Shown here: one piece after another, positions 29,954-40,699 of the stretch
How positions within the stretch are numbered: position 1 is the stretch's first letter
How the letters are laid out: every line of letters starts with the position of its first letter
Source: Calditrichota bacterium
Lineage (GTDB): Bacteria > Calditrichota > Calditrichia > Calditrichales > J004
DNA: 63,075 nucleotides
Direction: 5' to 3'
Assembly (NCBI GenBank): GCA_003696775.1
Contig: RFFS01000125.1
Location: 1 to 63,075 of the forward strand
Made by a program: the position numbers and the translations under genes
The notes under the pieces: model-generated
Seen by the model: only the letters and a program-made list of their open reading frames with translations
Database searches by the model: none
Told to the model about the DNA's origin: nothing

Positions 29954-30847
29954 ATGGAGTTTTTCACGAACACGAATTATGATATTGTTGGAAAAAGAAA
30001 AATCGGCTATATCCTTAGCGGAAGCCTGATTCTTATTTCCATCATTTCCCTGATACTACACGGCGGACCGAAATATAATATCGATTTTACCGGCGGTTCT
30101 CTGTTGCAGTTAAAATTTGAAAAAGACGTTGCCATCCAGGATATCCGCAAAGCCCTGGCTACGGAAAACATGAAAGACGCGGAAATCAAACATTTTGGCG
30201 CCAAAAACGAAGTGGCCATTCGCACCGGAGTGGAAGTCGATATTGAAACAGTGGGCCATACGATTGAAAATGCCATCAAAAAAGCCCTGCTGGATAACCC
30301 TTTCAGCGTGGAACGCGTTGAAAAAGTGGGGCCCAAGGTCGGGCATGAACTGATTATCGACGCTTTGCTGGCCATTCTCTGGTCCATGGTCTTGATTCTC
30401 TTTTATATCATGTGGCGTTTTGAATTTAAATTTTCCATTGGCGCCATAGTCGCTTTGGCTCATGACGTAACCATCACCATGGGTATATTTTCCGTTTTTA
30501 ACATAGAAATTTCCGCGCCGATCATCGCCGCGATCCTGACCATTGTCGGTTACTCGCTTAACGATACCATTGTGGTGTATGACCGAATCCGTGAAAACCT
30601 GAAATCCACCAGCAAACGCGCCGCGGATATTTCCGGAATTGTTAACCGCAGCATTAACGAAACCCTGTCCCGCACCATTATGACCTCGGGCACCACTTTG
30701 ATTGTGGTGGTTGTGCTTTATTTTTTCGGTGGGGAAGTGCTGCGCACTTTTGCCGAGGCCCTTATCATCGGTATTGTGGTGGGAACCTATTCATCCATTT
30801 TTATCGCCAGCCCCATTGTAATTGACTGGAAACATAAAAAAGCATAG
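29954..30847 (+). CDS. secF: Protein translocase subunit SecF
   Basis: GIDFTGG-type motif (NIDFTGGS) and TIVGYSLNDTIVVYDRIREN. Follows secD. Confidence 0.9.
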   Translation: MEFFTNTNYDIVGKRKIGYILSGSLILISIISLILHGGPKYNIDFTGGSLLQLKFEKDVAIQDIRKALATENMKDAEIKHFGAKNEVAIRTGVEVDIETVGHTIENAIKKALLDNPFSVERVEKVGPKVGHELIIDALLAILWSMVLILFYIMWRFEFKFSIGAIVALAHDVTITMGIFSVFNIEISAPIIAAILTIVGYSLNDTIVVYDRIRENLKSTSKRAADISGIVNRSINETLSRTIMTSGTTLIVVVVLYFFGGEVLRTFAEALIIGIVVGTYSSIFIASPIVIDWKHKKA

Positions 30848-30860
30848 CAGCGGGTTTTAT

Positions 30861-31196
30861 ATGGAAATTGCCGTATCGGAACAAAAAAATGCGGTGGTCA
30901 TCGCCCTTACCGGTAAAATTATGGGTGGTCCGGAAGCCGGACAGCTCAATGACCGGATCAACAGCCTGATCGATGAAAAAAAAACAAACATCGTTATCGA
31001 TCTGGCCGGAGTGGAATGGATGAACAGTTCCGGATTAGGCATCCTCATCGGAACAGTAACCACTCTTACTAAAAATAACGGCCGCCTGGTTCTGATACAT
31101 GTTTCCGAACGTATTGCTCATTTATTAAAAATCACCAAGCTGTCTTCCGTTTTTACCATCGCGGAAGACCTGGATAACGCCTTACAAAAATTTTAA
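30861..31196 (+). CDS. STAS-domain anti-sigma-factor antagonist (SpoIIAA-like)
   Basis: IDLAGVEWMNSSGLGILIG with the phosphorylatable-Ser context. About 111 aa from the ATG at 30861. Confidence 0.8.
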   Translation: MEIAVSEQKNAVVIALTGKIMGGPEAGQLNDRINSLIDEKKTNIVIDLAGVEWMNSSGLGILIGTVTTLTKNNGRLVLIHVSERIAHLLKITKLSSVFTIAEDLDNALQKF

Positions 31197-31216
31197 TCTT
31201 ACACAGACCTTTATTA

Positions 31217-31249
31217 AACTCCGGTTGAAAGAAGCCGGAGTTTTTTTTT
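31217..31249 (+). terminator. Intrinsic terminator
   Basis: AACTCCGG / CCGGAGTT stem followed by T9. Confidence 0.7.
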
Positions 31250-31260
31250 GGAGAGAAAGT

Positions 31261-32541
31261 ATGTCCGTTTCCATTGTAGTCGGCGCCCAATGGGGTGATG
31301 AAGGCAAAGGCAAAATCATCGATGTTTTAAGTGAGAACGCCTCGGCCGTGTTGCGTTATCAGGGCGGGGCAAACGCCGGTCATACGGTATATATCGGCGA
31401 ACAAAAATATGTGCTTCATCTGATCCCTTCCGGCATTTTACGCCCGGATGTGGTTTGTTTCATTGGCGACGGCGTGGTGTTGGACCCGATCGCTTACCAG
31501 GAAGAGCTGGATGTGTTGCACAAAGCGGGCATCCGCACCGAAGGGCGCTTGTGGGTCTCTCCCCGAACCCATATCATTTTGCCCTATCACAAAAGGCTGG
31601 ATATGTGTGCCGAAAAACGCAAGGGAAAAAAGAAAATCGGCACCACCGGACGGGGTATCGGCCCGGCCTATATGGATAAGTACAGCCGTATGGGCTTGCG
31701 CGCCATAGATTTACTTAACGAACCAATACGCCGTGAACGGATTCTGCAAAATCTGGAAATGAAAAACTTTTTATTAACCAGCTATTACGAAGAAACGCCG
31801 CTTGATCCCGAAGATATATTACAACAGGCGGCCGCCTGCGCCGATATCCTGAAACCCTACGTGCGGGAAACCATCCCCGATTTAGCGGAAATGAACGCCA
31901 AAGGCAGGCATCTGTTAATAGAAGGTGCGCAAGGCGCCATGCTGGATATCGATTACGGTTCCTATCCCTACGTCACCTCGTCCCATCCGGTGGCCGGCGG
32001 CACTTTTACCGGTTCCGGGCTGGGCGTATATAGCGGAGGGGATATGCGTCTGTTGGGTGTGGCCAAGGCTTATCTGACCCGTGTGGGCAACGGCCCCTTT
32101 CCCACCGAACTGGATGATGAAACAGGTCGCATGTTACGTGATCGCGGAAATGAATACGGCGCCACAACCGGACGACCGAGACGGTGTGGCTGGTTGGACC
32201 TGGTGGCGCTAAAATATTCCTGTCTGGTTAACGGTCTGACCCATCTCGCCATTACCAAGCTGGATGTATTGGATGGCTTTGACACGCTGAATGTAGCCGT
32301 TGCATACCAATATAAGGGCCGCAGGCTCGACTTCTTTCCGGCAGACCTTCAGGCACAGGAAGAAGTGACCCCGGTTTACAAATCCTTCAAAGGCTGGCAA
32401 AAGGATACATCCACCTGCCGGGAATATGATGACTTACCCGACGCGGCGCGGGCGTATCTTGCCTATATTGCCGAATTTTTGGGTATTCCGGTGCACATTG
32501 TGTCCACGGGACAAAGACGCGATCAAATCATTTTTGTATAA
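31261..32541 (+). CDS. purA: Adenylosuccinate synthase
   Basis: GAQWGDEGKGK P-loop, GTTGRGIGP, and GATTGRPRRCGW. Confidence 0.95.
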   Translation: MSVSIVVGAQWGDEGKGKIIDVLSENASAVLRYQGGANAGHTVYIGEQKYVLHLIPSGILRPDVVCFIGDGVVLDPIAYQEELDVLHKAGIRTEGRLWVSPRTHIILPYHKRLDMCAEKRKGKKKIGTTGRGIGPAYMDKYSRMGLRAIDLLNEPIRRERILQNLEMKNFLLTSYYEETPLDPEDILQQAAACADILKPYVRETIPDLAEMNAKGRHLLIEGAQGAMLDIDYGSYPYVTSSHPVAGGTFTGSGLGVYSGGDMRLLGVAKAYLTRVGNGPFPTELDDETGRMLRDRGNEYGATTGRPRRCGWLDLVALKYSCLVNGLTHLAITKLDVLDGFDTLNVAVAYQYKGRRLDFFPADLQAQEEVTPVYKSFKGWQKDTSTCREYDDLPDAARAYLAYIAEFLGIPVHIVSTGQRRDQIIFV

Positions 32542-32542
32542 A

Positions 32543-33424
32543 ATGCTCTATAAGTTGTATCCCTGGTTGTTTGGGGCAATGCTGTGTGGTCTGACTTTTT
32601 GCGGGCGTTCCGACGATACCACCGTGTCCGGGGCCGCTGCATTGACCATACTTTATACGGCCAACATCAACGGAAATATTGATAATTGTATGTGCGGAGA
32701 CCCGCCATTGGGCGGCATGGATCATATCGCTTCCTACATTCAGGGCAAACGCCAAAAAGGCGCCGTTTTGTATATCGAAGGCGGGGATGCCCTGAACAGC
32801 TATGATTATCCGCAATTAAATGATGCGACACGGCGTATTTACGGGATAATTCAACCGGATGTCTGGGCGCCTGGTGATCAGGAATTCATTCAGGGAACAG
32901 CCTATGCCCGCTCCCTGTTTAAGGAACATGCTTCCGCTATCATCGCTGGTAACTGGCATGTAAAAGGGGATACCGGCTTACCGGCTTTTAAAATTGTACA
33001 AAAGAACGGTTGGCGTATCGGTCTGGCCTCCTATATGGAGCCCACCCTGCCCGAAACGCGCACCAACCGGGATATCCTGTTTGATCCGCAAAAGTTCGAT
33101 CGCATCAACCGTGAGATGAAAAGTGTGCCCCTTTCCATTTTAATCTATCATGGCGCGGTGGATGATGTGAAACAACTCATCAACCGGTTTTCAGACTGGG
33201 ATATCATCCTGCTGTCGCATTATCAGCAACAAACGGTTTTCCAAAACGGGCATACTTTGGTGGTGTGTCCCGGCTCGGATGGAGAATATATAACGGAAAT
33301 GGTCTTAACGCCGCATGAGGGGAGGCCAACGCCGGATATTCAGGTGAAACAAATACCCGTAACGACGGATTTACCGGCGGATGAGGTTATCCATGATATT
33401 ATCAAAACCTATCAACCGGGATAA
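32543..33424 (+). CDS. Lipoprotein with 5'-nucleotidase/metallophosphoesterase-like fold but non-canonical metal motifs
   Basis: The ATG at 32543 starts 1 nt after the purA stop. Signal/lipobox LCGLTFCG. LTILYTANINGNIDNCMCGD, IEGGDALN and APGDQEFIQG are collinear with motifs I-III of UshA-type phosphoesterases. Confidence 0.55.
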   Translation: MLYKLYPWLFGAMLCGLTFCGRSDDTTVSGAAALTILYTANINGNIDNCMCGDPPLGGMDHIASYIQGKRQKGAVLYIEGGDALNSYDYPQLNDATRRIYGIIQPDVWAPGDQEFIQGTAYARSLFKEHASAIIAGNWHVKGDTGLPAFKIVQKNGWRIGLASYMEPTLPETRTNRDILFDPQKFDRINREMKSVPLSILIYHGAVDDVKQLINRFSDWDIILLSHYQQQTVFQNGHTLVVCPGSDGEYITEMVLTPHEGRPTPDIQVKQIPVTTDLPADEVIHDIIKTYQPG

Positions 33425-33468
33425 AAATTAACAGTTATAAAGTGAAAAGCGCGGTGGAGTAGTCGATA

Positions 33469-33768
33469 ATGAGTAACATGCCTGACGAAGCCCTACTTAA
33501 ACAAATACGCGTCTTTCGGGAAACGATAGACCGTTTGGATGAAGAGATTGTTCAAAAGTTGAACGAACGCGCCCGGGCGGCCATGGAAATCGGCCATATC
33601 AAACGCCGCGCCGGTTGGCCTGTATATGTTCCCACGCGGGAAGAAGAAGTGATCGCTCATGTCATTAAAGCCAACCAGGGCCCGTTATCCGACGCGGCGA
33701 TTCAACGTCTTTTTGAGCGCATTATAGATGAATCACGCAGACAGGAACGGGAATCCACCAAAGAATGA
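33469..33768 (+). CDS. Chorismate mutase (AroQ class)
   Basis: About 99 aa, all helical. LKQIRVFRETIDRLDEEIVQKLNERARAAMEIGHIKR is typical of the AroQ helix 1. Confidence 0.8.
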   Translation: MSNMPDEALLKQIRVFRETIDRLDEEIVQKLNERARAAMEIGHIKRRAGWPVYVPTREEEVIAHVIKANQGPLSDAAIQRLFERIIDESRRQERESTKE

Positions 33769-34841
33769 ACACCACCCGAATCATGCGTCAGAATGTAAAA
33801 AAACTGAAAACCGGCCAAAAAATCTTTCTGCTCCTGGCAATCATCATACCTTGGCTGGCGTTTGCGATTTTCGATTATTTTCAGCTGCCGCAAACGGTGA
33901 AGGCCGAAAAGAAGATCAATGTGTATATACCGGCCGGCGCCGGATTGTCGCAAATTGCCGATAGTCTGTTGGTCAAAGGTCTGATCCGTAATAAAAAAAT
34001 GTTCAATTGGATTGTGACCAGTCTCGGATATGAAAAAAAACTGCGTGCCGGTGTTTTTGCCGTGCCGTACGGACTGAATACCTATCAGGTGGTGCGTTTT
34101 CTGATAACCGCCCGGGAAGAACGTTTCAAAATCACCTTTCTGGAAGGCTGGAAATTAAGCGATTACGCGCGACAGGTGGAACGGCAGGCACACATCCCGG
34201 CCACCCTTTTCGACAGCCTGGCCCATGACACGGCATTTATCCGTTCTCTGGGCATCCGGGCCATTTCCCTGGAAGGTTATCTGTTGCCGGATACCTATTT
34301 TCTCGAGTATCATATCGGCGCCAAAAAGTTGATACGTCAATTAGCGAACCGTACATTGAAGCTGTTCGCGGAAGATTCCGTTAAAAAGGCCATGATAAAT
34401 ATTGGCTTAAATCGCCATCAGGTATTAACTTTGGCTTCAATTGTGGAAGGAGAGGCTCTACTGGATGAAGAACGGCCGGTTATCGCATCCCTTTATTTGA
34501 ATCGCTTAAAAAAAAATATGAAATTGCAAGCCGACCCCACAATACAGTATATACGGAAAGGTCCGCCCGGCAGACTATTATTTAAAGACCTGGAAATTGA
34601 ATCTCCGTACAACACGTACAAATATTACGGTTTACCACCCGGACCTATAAACAATCCGGGTATTAAATCAATTTTAGCGGTACTGTTTCCCAGTCAAACC
34701 AACTACCTGTATATGGTAGCCGTGGGAGATGGCAGTCATGCTTTTACAACCAATTTAAAAGATCATTTGCGGGCCAAGGCGCGTTTTGACCGGGTGCGCA
34801 GAGAATGGAAACGAAAACAACGGAATAAAACAAAAACGTAA
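33765..34841 (+). CDS. mltG: Endolytic murein transglycosylase MltG (YceG family)
   Basis: N-terminal TM, LEGYLLPDTY catalytic-region motif, and ASIVEGEA. ATGA overlap with the previous gene. Confidence 0.85.
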   Translation: MNTTRIMRQNVKKLKTGQKIFLLLAIIIPWLAFAIFDYFQLPQTVKAEKKINVYIPAGAGLSQIADSLLVKGLIRNKKMFNWIVTSLGYEKKLRAGVFAVPYGLNTYQVVRFLITAREERFKITFLEGWKLSDYARQVERQAHIPATLFDSLAHDTAFIRSLGIRAISLEGYLLPDTYFLEYHIGAKKLIRQLANRTLKLFAEDSVKKAMINIGLNRHQVLTLASIVEGEALLDEERPVIASLYLNRLKKNMKLQADPTIQYIRKGPPGRLLFKDLEIESPYNTYKYYGLPPGPINNPGIKSILAVLFPSQTNYLYMVAVGDGSHAFTTNLKDHLRAKARFDRVRREWKRKQRNKTKT

Positions 34842-34844
34842 CAC

Positions 34845-37061
34845 ATGGCTTTAAATTTAGAAGGATTAAATCCGCAGCAATTAGCGGCGGTTAAACAAAC
34901 GGAAGGCCCGGTGCTTATTCTGGCCGGCGCCGGTTCCGGAAAAACCCGCACACTGACCATGCGCATCGCCTATTTAATCGAAGAGAAGGGCGTGGCGCCA
35001 CAGAATATTCTGGCCGTTACCTTTACCAATAAAGCGGCCCGGGAAATGAAGGAACGCATCGAACAGCAAATCGGCAACGCCATCAACGGTTTATGGGTTG
35101 GGACGTTTCATAGCATCTGCGCGCGTATTATGCGTATCGAAGCGGAAAACATGGGCTATTCCCGAAATTTCAGCATTTACGATACCGATGATCAAACACG
35201 CGCCGTGAAAAAGGTGATCAGCACCTTATCCGTTCCCCAACAGCTCTATAGCGCCAAGATGATTCAGAACCGGCTTTCCCGCGTTAAAAACCAGTTTCTG
35301 TTCCCGGAAGACCTGTATAATATGGAAGACCGTAAGGGGCTCGATGAATTTTTGCCTTCCATATATATGTCCTATCAGCGCTTTTTGCGCGAAAACAACG
35401 CGCTGGATTTTGATGATCTGCTGATGAAACCCATCAAGCTGTTTCAGGAAAACGAAGATATCCGCCGGAAATATGCCGACCGTTTCCGCTACGTGCTGGT
35501 GGATGAATATCAGGACACCAACCGCGCCCAATATCTGTTGGTGCGCGAGCTTGTGAAAGACCACGGTAATATTTGTGTGGTGGGTGATGAAGATCAGTCC
35601 ATTTATGGCTGGCGCGGCGCTGATATATCCAATATCCTTAATTTTAAAAAGGATTATAAAGATTCCAAGGTCTTTAAGCTCGAGGAAAATTACCGTTCCA
35701 ATAACAATATCCTCACGGCTGCCAACGCTGTGGTTAAAAACAATTCCGAACGACTTGGCAAAGACCTGTGGACCAAAAAAGGCGACGGGGAAAAGCTGGA
35801 AGTCCTTTACGGACAAAACGAACAGGACGAAGACAAAAAACTCCTTGAAAAAATCCATGATGAAGTCTATCGCAATAAACGGAGTTTTAAGGATATTGCC
35901 ATTTTATACCGAACCAATGCCCAAAGCCGGATCATCGAAGATACCCTGCGGCGTAATGCGATCTCTTATAAACTGGTAGGCGGTGTCAAATTTTACGATC
36001 GTAAGGAAATCAAGGATATCATCAGCTATCTAAAGCTGATCGTCAATCAGCAGGACAGCATCGCGCTTAAACGCATCGTCAATTTTCCCCTGCGCGGCAT
36101 TGGCGATACTACGGTTGGCAAAATCGAAAAATATGCCGAACACATGCAAATTTCCCTTTACGAAGCCATGGGCCGCGTACAGGAAGTGGCCAGTATTTCA
36201 CCGGCCATGAGTCAGCGGGTGTTGGGCTTTTATAATCTGATCGAAAAATTCATTCGTCTTAATAACGAAATCAGCCCACTGGAACTGGCCTCCACCCTAG
36301 CGGCCGAATCGGGCATTATGCATCATTATCAAACCGAATACGACCAATATGAAAGCGAAAGCCGGGTTCAGAATATCAAGGAATTGTACGACAGCATCGA
36401 AGAGTACATGAACCGCCGCGAACAGGAAGGGCAGGCAGCCACTTTGGGTGGTTTTTTGGAAGAAGTGAGTCTGATGACCGACATCGATCGTTGGAATACG
36501 GAAAACAATTCCGTAACCTTGATGACCCTGCATGCCGCAAAGGGACTGGAATTTCCGGTGGTATTTATAACCGGTCTGGAAATGGGGCTGATGCCTCTAC
36601 AACGTAACTCGGCGGATTTATCCCAGTTGGAGGAAGAGCGGCGTTTGATGTATGTGGGAATGACCCGCGCGGAAGAACGGTTGTATCTTTCCTTATGTCG
36701 TAACCGCCGTAGAAACAATAACTTTGGCCCCACACAACCTTCGCTGTTTCTGGATGAAATTCCACGGGAACTTTTAATTATCAGCGGGTATAACACAGCT
36801 TCGGCCAGCTCCGATTACGGACGGCACCGACGACATAAAACCAAAATGAAAAGCTACCTGACCAGGGAAAAGGAAAACCAGTCGGTGGATGATACTTATA
36901 AAGTAGGGCAAAAAGTCTATCATGCCACATTTGGCAAAGGGCAGATTCGTCAACTGGAAGGACATGGTAACCGGATGAAAATAACGGTTGACTTCACGGA
37001 CGAGGGCATTACCAAGAAACTGATCAAAGAGTTTGCCAATTTAACACCGCTTGAAGAATAA
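34845..37061 (+). CDS. pcrA: ATP-dependent DNA helicase PcrA/UvrD (SF1)
   Basis: Walker A AGAGSGKT, DEYQDTN, TLHAAKGLEF, and VGMTRAE. Confidence 0.9.
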   Translation: MALNLEGLNPQQLAAVKQTEGPVLILAGAGSGKTRTLTMRIAYLIEEKGVAPQNILAVTFTNKAAREMKERIEQQIGNAINGLWVGTFHSICARIMRIEAENMGYSRNFSIYDTDDQTRAVKKVISTLSVPQQLYSAKMIQNRLSRVKNQFLFPEDLYNMEDRKGLDEFLPSIYMSYQRFLRENNALDFDDLLMKPIKLFQENEDIRRKYADRFRYVLVDEYQDTNRAQYLLVRELVKDHGNICVVGDEDQSIYGWRGADISNILNFKKDYKDSKVFKLEENYRSNNNILTAANAVVKNNSERLGKDLWTKKGDGEKLEVLYGQNEQDEDKKLLEKIHDEVYRNKRSFKDIAILYRTNAQSRIIEDTLRRNAISYKLVGGVKFYDRKEIKDIISYLKLIVNQQDSIALKRIVNFPLRGIGDTTVGKIEKYAEHMQISLYEAMGRVQEVASISPAMSQRVLGFYNLIEKFIRLNNEISPLELASTLAAESGIMHHYQTEYDQYESESRVQNIKELYDSIEEYMNRREQEGQAATLGGFLEEVSLMTDIDRWNTENNSVTLMTLHAAKGLEFPVVFITGLEMGLMPLQRNSADLSQLEEERRLMYVGMTRAEERLYLSLCRNRRRNNNFGPTQPSLFLDEIPRELLIISGYNTASASSDYGRHRRHKTKMKSYLTREKENQSVDDTYKVGQKVYHATFGKGQIRQLEGHGNRMKITVDFTDEGITKKLIKEFANLTPLEE

Positions 37062-37067
37062 GAATCC

Positions 37068-40000
37068 ATGAAACACACTTTCCGTTTTTACATTTTAGTC
37101 ATTCTGACACTGTCCCCGCTTGTTGGATACAGCCAGAGCGACGGAAACGATTTTTCGTATGCTCTGAAATTATATGAACAAAAATTTTACGATCTGGCTG
37201 CCCGTCAGTTTGTGCGCTATTATACCCGTTTCCCGCAAAGCGCCCATGTGGACGAGGCCAAATTTTACGCCGGCGCCGCACTGTTTCATTTAAAAGAATA
37301 TAACAAAGCCCGGGTGGAATTTCAGAGTCTGGCTCTTGAGTATCCCAAAAGCCCGCGCGCGGCGGAAGCCTGGTATAAAGTGGGGGAATGCTATCGGTTT
37401 TTAAAACAACCGGAAGAGGCGGCCAAGGCCTTTGAGGCGGTTAAAACACTTTATCCCAAGCACAACCTGGCGCCCAAAAGCCTGCTGCAGGCGGCGGCAC
37501 TACGCCAACAAATGGGCGAAGCGGAACAAGCCGAAGCGTTGCTGCAGGCTGTCATCGACCGCTATGCCGATCATCCGGAAAAATATCCGGCCCTGTTGGA
37601 TATGGCTGCCCTGCGGCTTAAACAAAAGGACCTGGATCGCGCGCAAAAGATCATCGCCACACTTTTCCAGGAAGAATTGCCTGACAATGTGATGGCCCGG
37701 GCCTTGTTCCTTCGCGCGCAAATCAATGCTCAAAAGGGACAATACGGACAAGCGCTTGGGGATTATACATCCATTGTGGAAGATTATGACGATACCCCCC
37801 AGCACATCCCCGCTGCTCTCGCGGCGGCCCGTATCGCCTTTGGCATGGGCAGCACCAAACAAGCGCTTTCTTTTTTAAGTGATGTACATCCCGCCACCGG
37901 CGACACGCTGACCATACGCGCGTTGCATATGCTAAAAGGGGATATTCATTTTACCGGTGGGCATTACAGTCTGGCTGTGAAAGAATATCAGTCGATTGGC
38001 ACCGGTAACGATTCCCTTGCTGCCACGGCACTCATCAAGGAACTGCTGGCCATGGATAAACAGGGCACGCTTACCGAAGGTGGCGTCCGTTTAAAACGGC
38101 TGGCGGGCCTCATGCATTATTTACCCCGTCCTTTGGCACATGCCCTGATGATATGGTTATCTGAAAAAGGTTATTCATCCGCCGCGTTAGGATTTTTAAA
38201 CGCCATACCCCAAAATCAATCAGACCCCGCCTTTGAAATACAGTGGAAAAGTCGTTTCCTTTTTCAAAATAAAGACTGGAATGCGCTTTACGGCTTGCTG
38301 GAAGGCTATCCGTCTTTTATAAACAAACTGAAAGAGCCAGATGAAATACTTTATTTTTACGGGCAGGCGCTGTTTCATCTGGAAAAATACACGGATTCGC
38401 GCGATGTACTTGACGCTCTCCTGCGGCGGTACCCGGCCGGCCGTTATACCGAAAAGGCGACAGAACTCAGGAATAACATCGATGCCTTCTATCTTTTGGA
38501 CAGTCCCAAAGCCATACGTGCCCTGGCGCGTCTGAACTATGCTTTTATAGAAGGCGATAAGCAGGACGCCTTGTTTAAACTGGGGCGCATCTACTATGCG
38601 GAATTGAAAGATTATCAAACCGCTGCGGAAATATTTGAACGCGCGTTAAAACAAACAGGGCAAAACAACGGCGACGCCTGGTTGTGGTTGGGAAAATCCA
38701 ACAATCAATTATTGAAGAAGGCCTGGCTAAACGGTGAAAACGGCGACGATTATCGTACACGGGCGGAGGCGGCTTTTATCGAAGCGGTGAAAAATAGTGC
38801 GCGATGCCAAAACCCGGATGAAGCTTCCTGGTTGCTGGTTAAAACACGCTTACAATCGGATTCTATAACAACGGGCAAAGTTAAAAGCTATATGCAGGGC
38901 CTGCTTAAAAAATTTCCGCAAAGCGCCTACACGGAAGAATGGTTGGCAAACATGGCCTATCGACTGGCGTTTGACAGCGCTTATGCCGCCGATGCCCGCA
39001 ACGCTTATAAACAATTGATCACCCAATACAAGGAAAGTGAACAATACTCCCTCTATCTTTACAATTACGCCCGTCTGATACAGGAAGAACAACCCGACGT
39101 TGCCCTGAGCTTGTATAAAACCATCGCATTGGATCACGGCACCAGCTATTGGGCCGACAAAGCCTTGCTGGAAGTGGCCCGGTATTACGACCGTAAAGCA
39201 ATGCATGCCGAAGCCCTGACCTTGTACAATCGATATTTACAACATTATCCCTATGCCACATCCGTGGATGAAGTAAAAAGCGCCATGGCCGCCGACTATT
39301 TAAAAACCGGCCAGGCCGCGAAAGCCATCCGTCAACTGGACGGTGTCATCCGATTGCCCATCTTGTCCGACGCGGTGTTGGCCGGATTGGTGTATGCCAA
39401 AGACAACACATTGGATGATCTGATTGTATTGGCCCGTGCTTATGATCAATCCAATGATTTTCCGCGCGCGGTGGCCCATTATAACGCGTTCCTGCGTCTT
39501 GCGCCAAACCATCCCCGCTCCTCCGAAGTTTCCTTCGCGCTCGCGGCCTTGTATGAAAAATCCGGCCAAAAACAAATCGCCATCGATTTGTACAAAAAAA
39601 TTGAAAGCGGTACGGAACCCTGGGCGGCACAGGCCGGCTTAAAAGCGGCGCATATTTATTTCGAACAAATGGATTACAAAAAAGCAGCGGCCCTGTATGG
39701 AAAATGGGTTCGTGGCGCTCAAAAAGACAATGCCGGGGCCTATTCTAATTACATTGTCAGCCTGATCCGTTCGGGGCAGATCACCAGCGCGGAACAACAG
39801 ATTAAAATCTTCAGGAAACAGTTTAACCGGCAAGAGGACAATAACGCGCGCTTTATCCTTGAATTAGGGCAATATTACCGGAAAAATAAAAATTTTAAAT
39901 CCGCTTTGAAATATTTTGAGCGGGTCATTGACGATTACGACGCAAGCCCTTATGTGGATGACGCGACTTACCGCAAAGCGTTGGTTTATATAACCCTGAA

Positions 40001-40673
40001 TAAACATGACGACGCCCTGGAAATATTATCCGCTTTCCCTCAAAAATATCCGAATAGCGATCAACTTGCCGCGGTTTATAACACTTTGGGAACCATTTAT
40101 TATCGCGGCGAAGCCTATGATAAATCCATCGCTGCCTTTAAAAAAGCGCTAAACTATCCCGCGGAGGAACGGCTTAAAAAACAGACCATGTCCAATTTGA
40201 TTAAAACCTACACCATGACCGGCTTTTGGGACGCAGCTCAGAGTCTGGCGCGGGAATATGTGCAAACCTGGCCGCAAGCCGGTGACCGTATCGATAAGGA
40301 TATCATCATCGCCCAGGCATTTATCAATTTAAATAAATATCAGAATGCGGTGGATTATCTTAAAAGAATCAAAATTCGCGCCGATAGTGAAAAAGAACCG
40401 GAAATTCAATATTACATAGGCGAAGCCCTGCTTAAGGCCGGGCGTTACGAGGAAGCCATCGCGGAATTTGTTAAAATCCCCTTACTTTCCAAAAAAACAA
40501 AATTGCAATGGGAAGCCAGCGCCTTGTATTATTCCGGTCAGGCCTATGAAAAACTCGGACGCATCGACGATGCGGTGCGTATGTATCGTGAAATCATCAA
40601 CCGCCCGGGTATTGACCTGATTCTGAAACGGGAAGCGGAAAAGCGGATCGGTCAGATAACGGGGAAAGGTTAA
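37068..40673 (+). CDS. Very large secreted TPR-repeat protein
   Basis: Signal peptide, then many TPR/YbgF-like repeats over 1201 aa (recurrent A..Y..G.....G....A...F..........). Confidence 0.75.
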   Translation: MKHTFRFYILVILTLSPLVGYSQSDGNDFSYALKLYEQKFYDLAARQFVRYYTRFPQSAHVDEAKFYAGAALFHLKEYNKARVEFQSLALEYPKSPRAAEAWYKVGECYRFLKQPEEAAKAFEAVKTLYPKHNLAPKSLLQAAALRQQMGEAEQAEALLQAVIDRYADHPEKYPALLDMAALRLKQKDLDRAQKIIATLFQEELPDNVMARALFLRAQINAQKGQYGQALGDYTSIVEDYDDTPQHIPAALAAARIAFGMGSTKQALSFLSDVHPATGDTLTIRALHMLKGDIHFTGGHYSLAVKEYQSIGTGNDSLAATALIKELLAMDKQGTLTEGGVRLKRLAGLMHYLPRPLAHALMIWLSEKGYSSAALGFLNAIPQNQSDPAFEIQWKSRFLFQNKDWNALYGLLEGYPSFINKLKEPDEILYFYGQALFHLEKYTDSRDVLDALLRRYPAGRYTEKATELRNNIDAFYLLDSPKAIRALARLNYAFIEGDKQDALFKLGRIYYAELKDYQTAAEIFERALKQTGQNNGDAWLWLGKSNNQLLKKAWLNGENGDDYRTRAEAAFIEAVKNSARCQNPDEASWLLVKTRLQSDSITTGKVKSYMQGLLKKFPQSAYTEEWLANMAYRLAFDSAYAADARNAYKQLITQYKESEQYSLYLYNYARLIQEEQPDVALSLYKTIALDHGTSYWADKALLEVARYYDRKAMHAEALTLYNRYLQHYPYATSVDEVKSAMAADYLKTGQAAKAIRQLDGVIRLPILSDAVLAGLVYAKDNTLDDLIVLARAYDQSNDFPRAVAHYNAFLRLAPNHPRSSEVSFALAALYEKSGQKQIAIDLYKKIESGTEPWAAQAGLKAAHIYFEQMDYKKAAALYGKWVRGAQKDNAGAYSNYIVSLIRSGQITSAEQQIKIFRKQFNRQEDNNARFILELGQYYRKNKNFKSALKYFERVIDDYDASPYVDDATYRKALVYITLNKHDDALEILSAFPQKYPNSDQLAAVYNTLGTIYYRGEAYDKSIAAFKKALNYPAEERLKKQTMSNLIKTYTMTGFWDAAQSLAREYVQTWPQAGDRIDKDIIIAQAFINLNKYQNAVDYLKRIKIRADSEKEPEIQYYIGEALLKAGRYEEAIAEFVKIPLLSKKTKLQWEASALYYSGQAYEKLGRIDDAVRMYREIINRPGIDLILKREAEKRIGQITGKG

Positions 40674-40699
40674 ATAATAATGCCATTTCAGGAGATATT

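Noticed and set aside
35226-35858. 210-aa minus-strand ORF
   Set aside because: It is antisense to pcrA/uvrD. Its Phe/Ile/Lys-rich composition mirrors the codon complement of the real gene.
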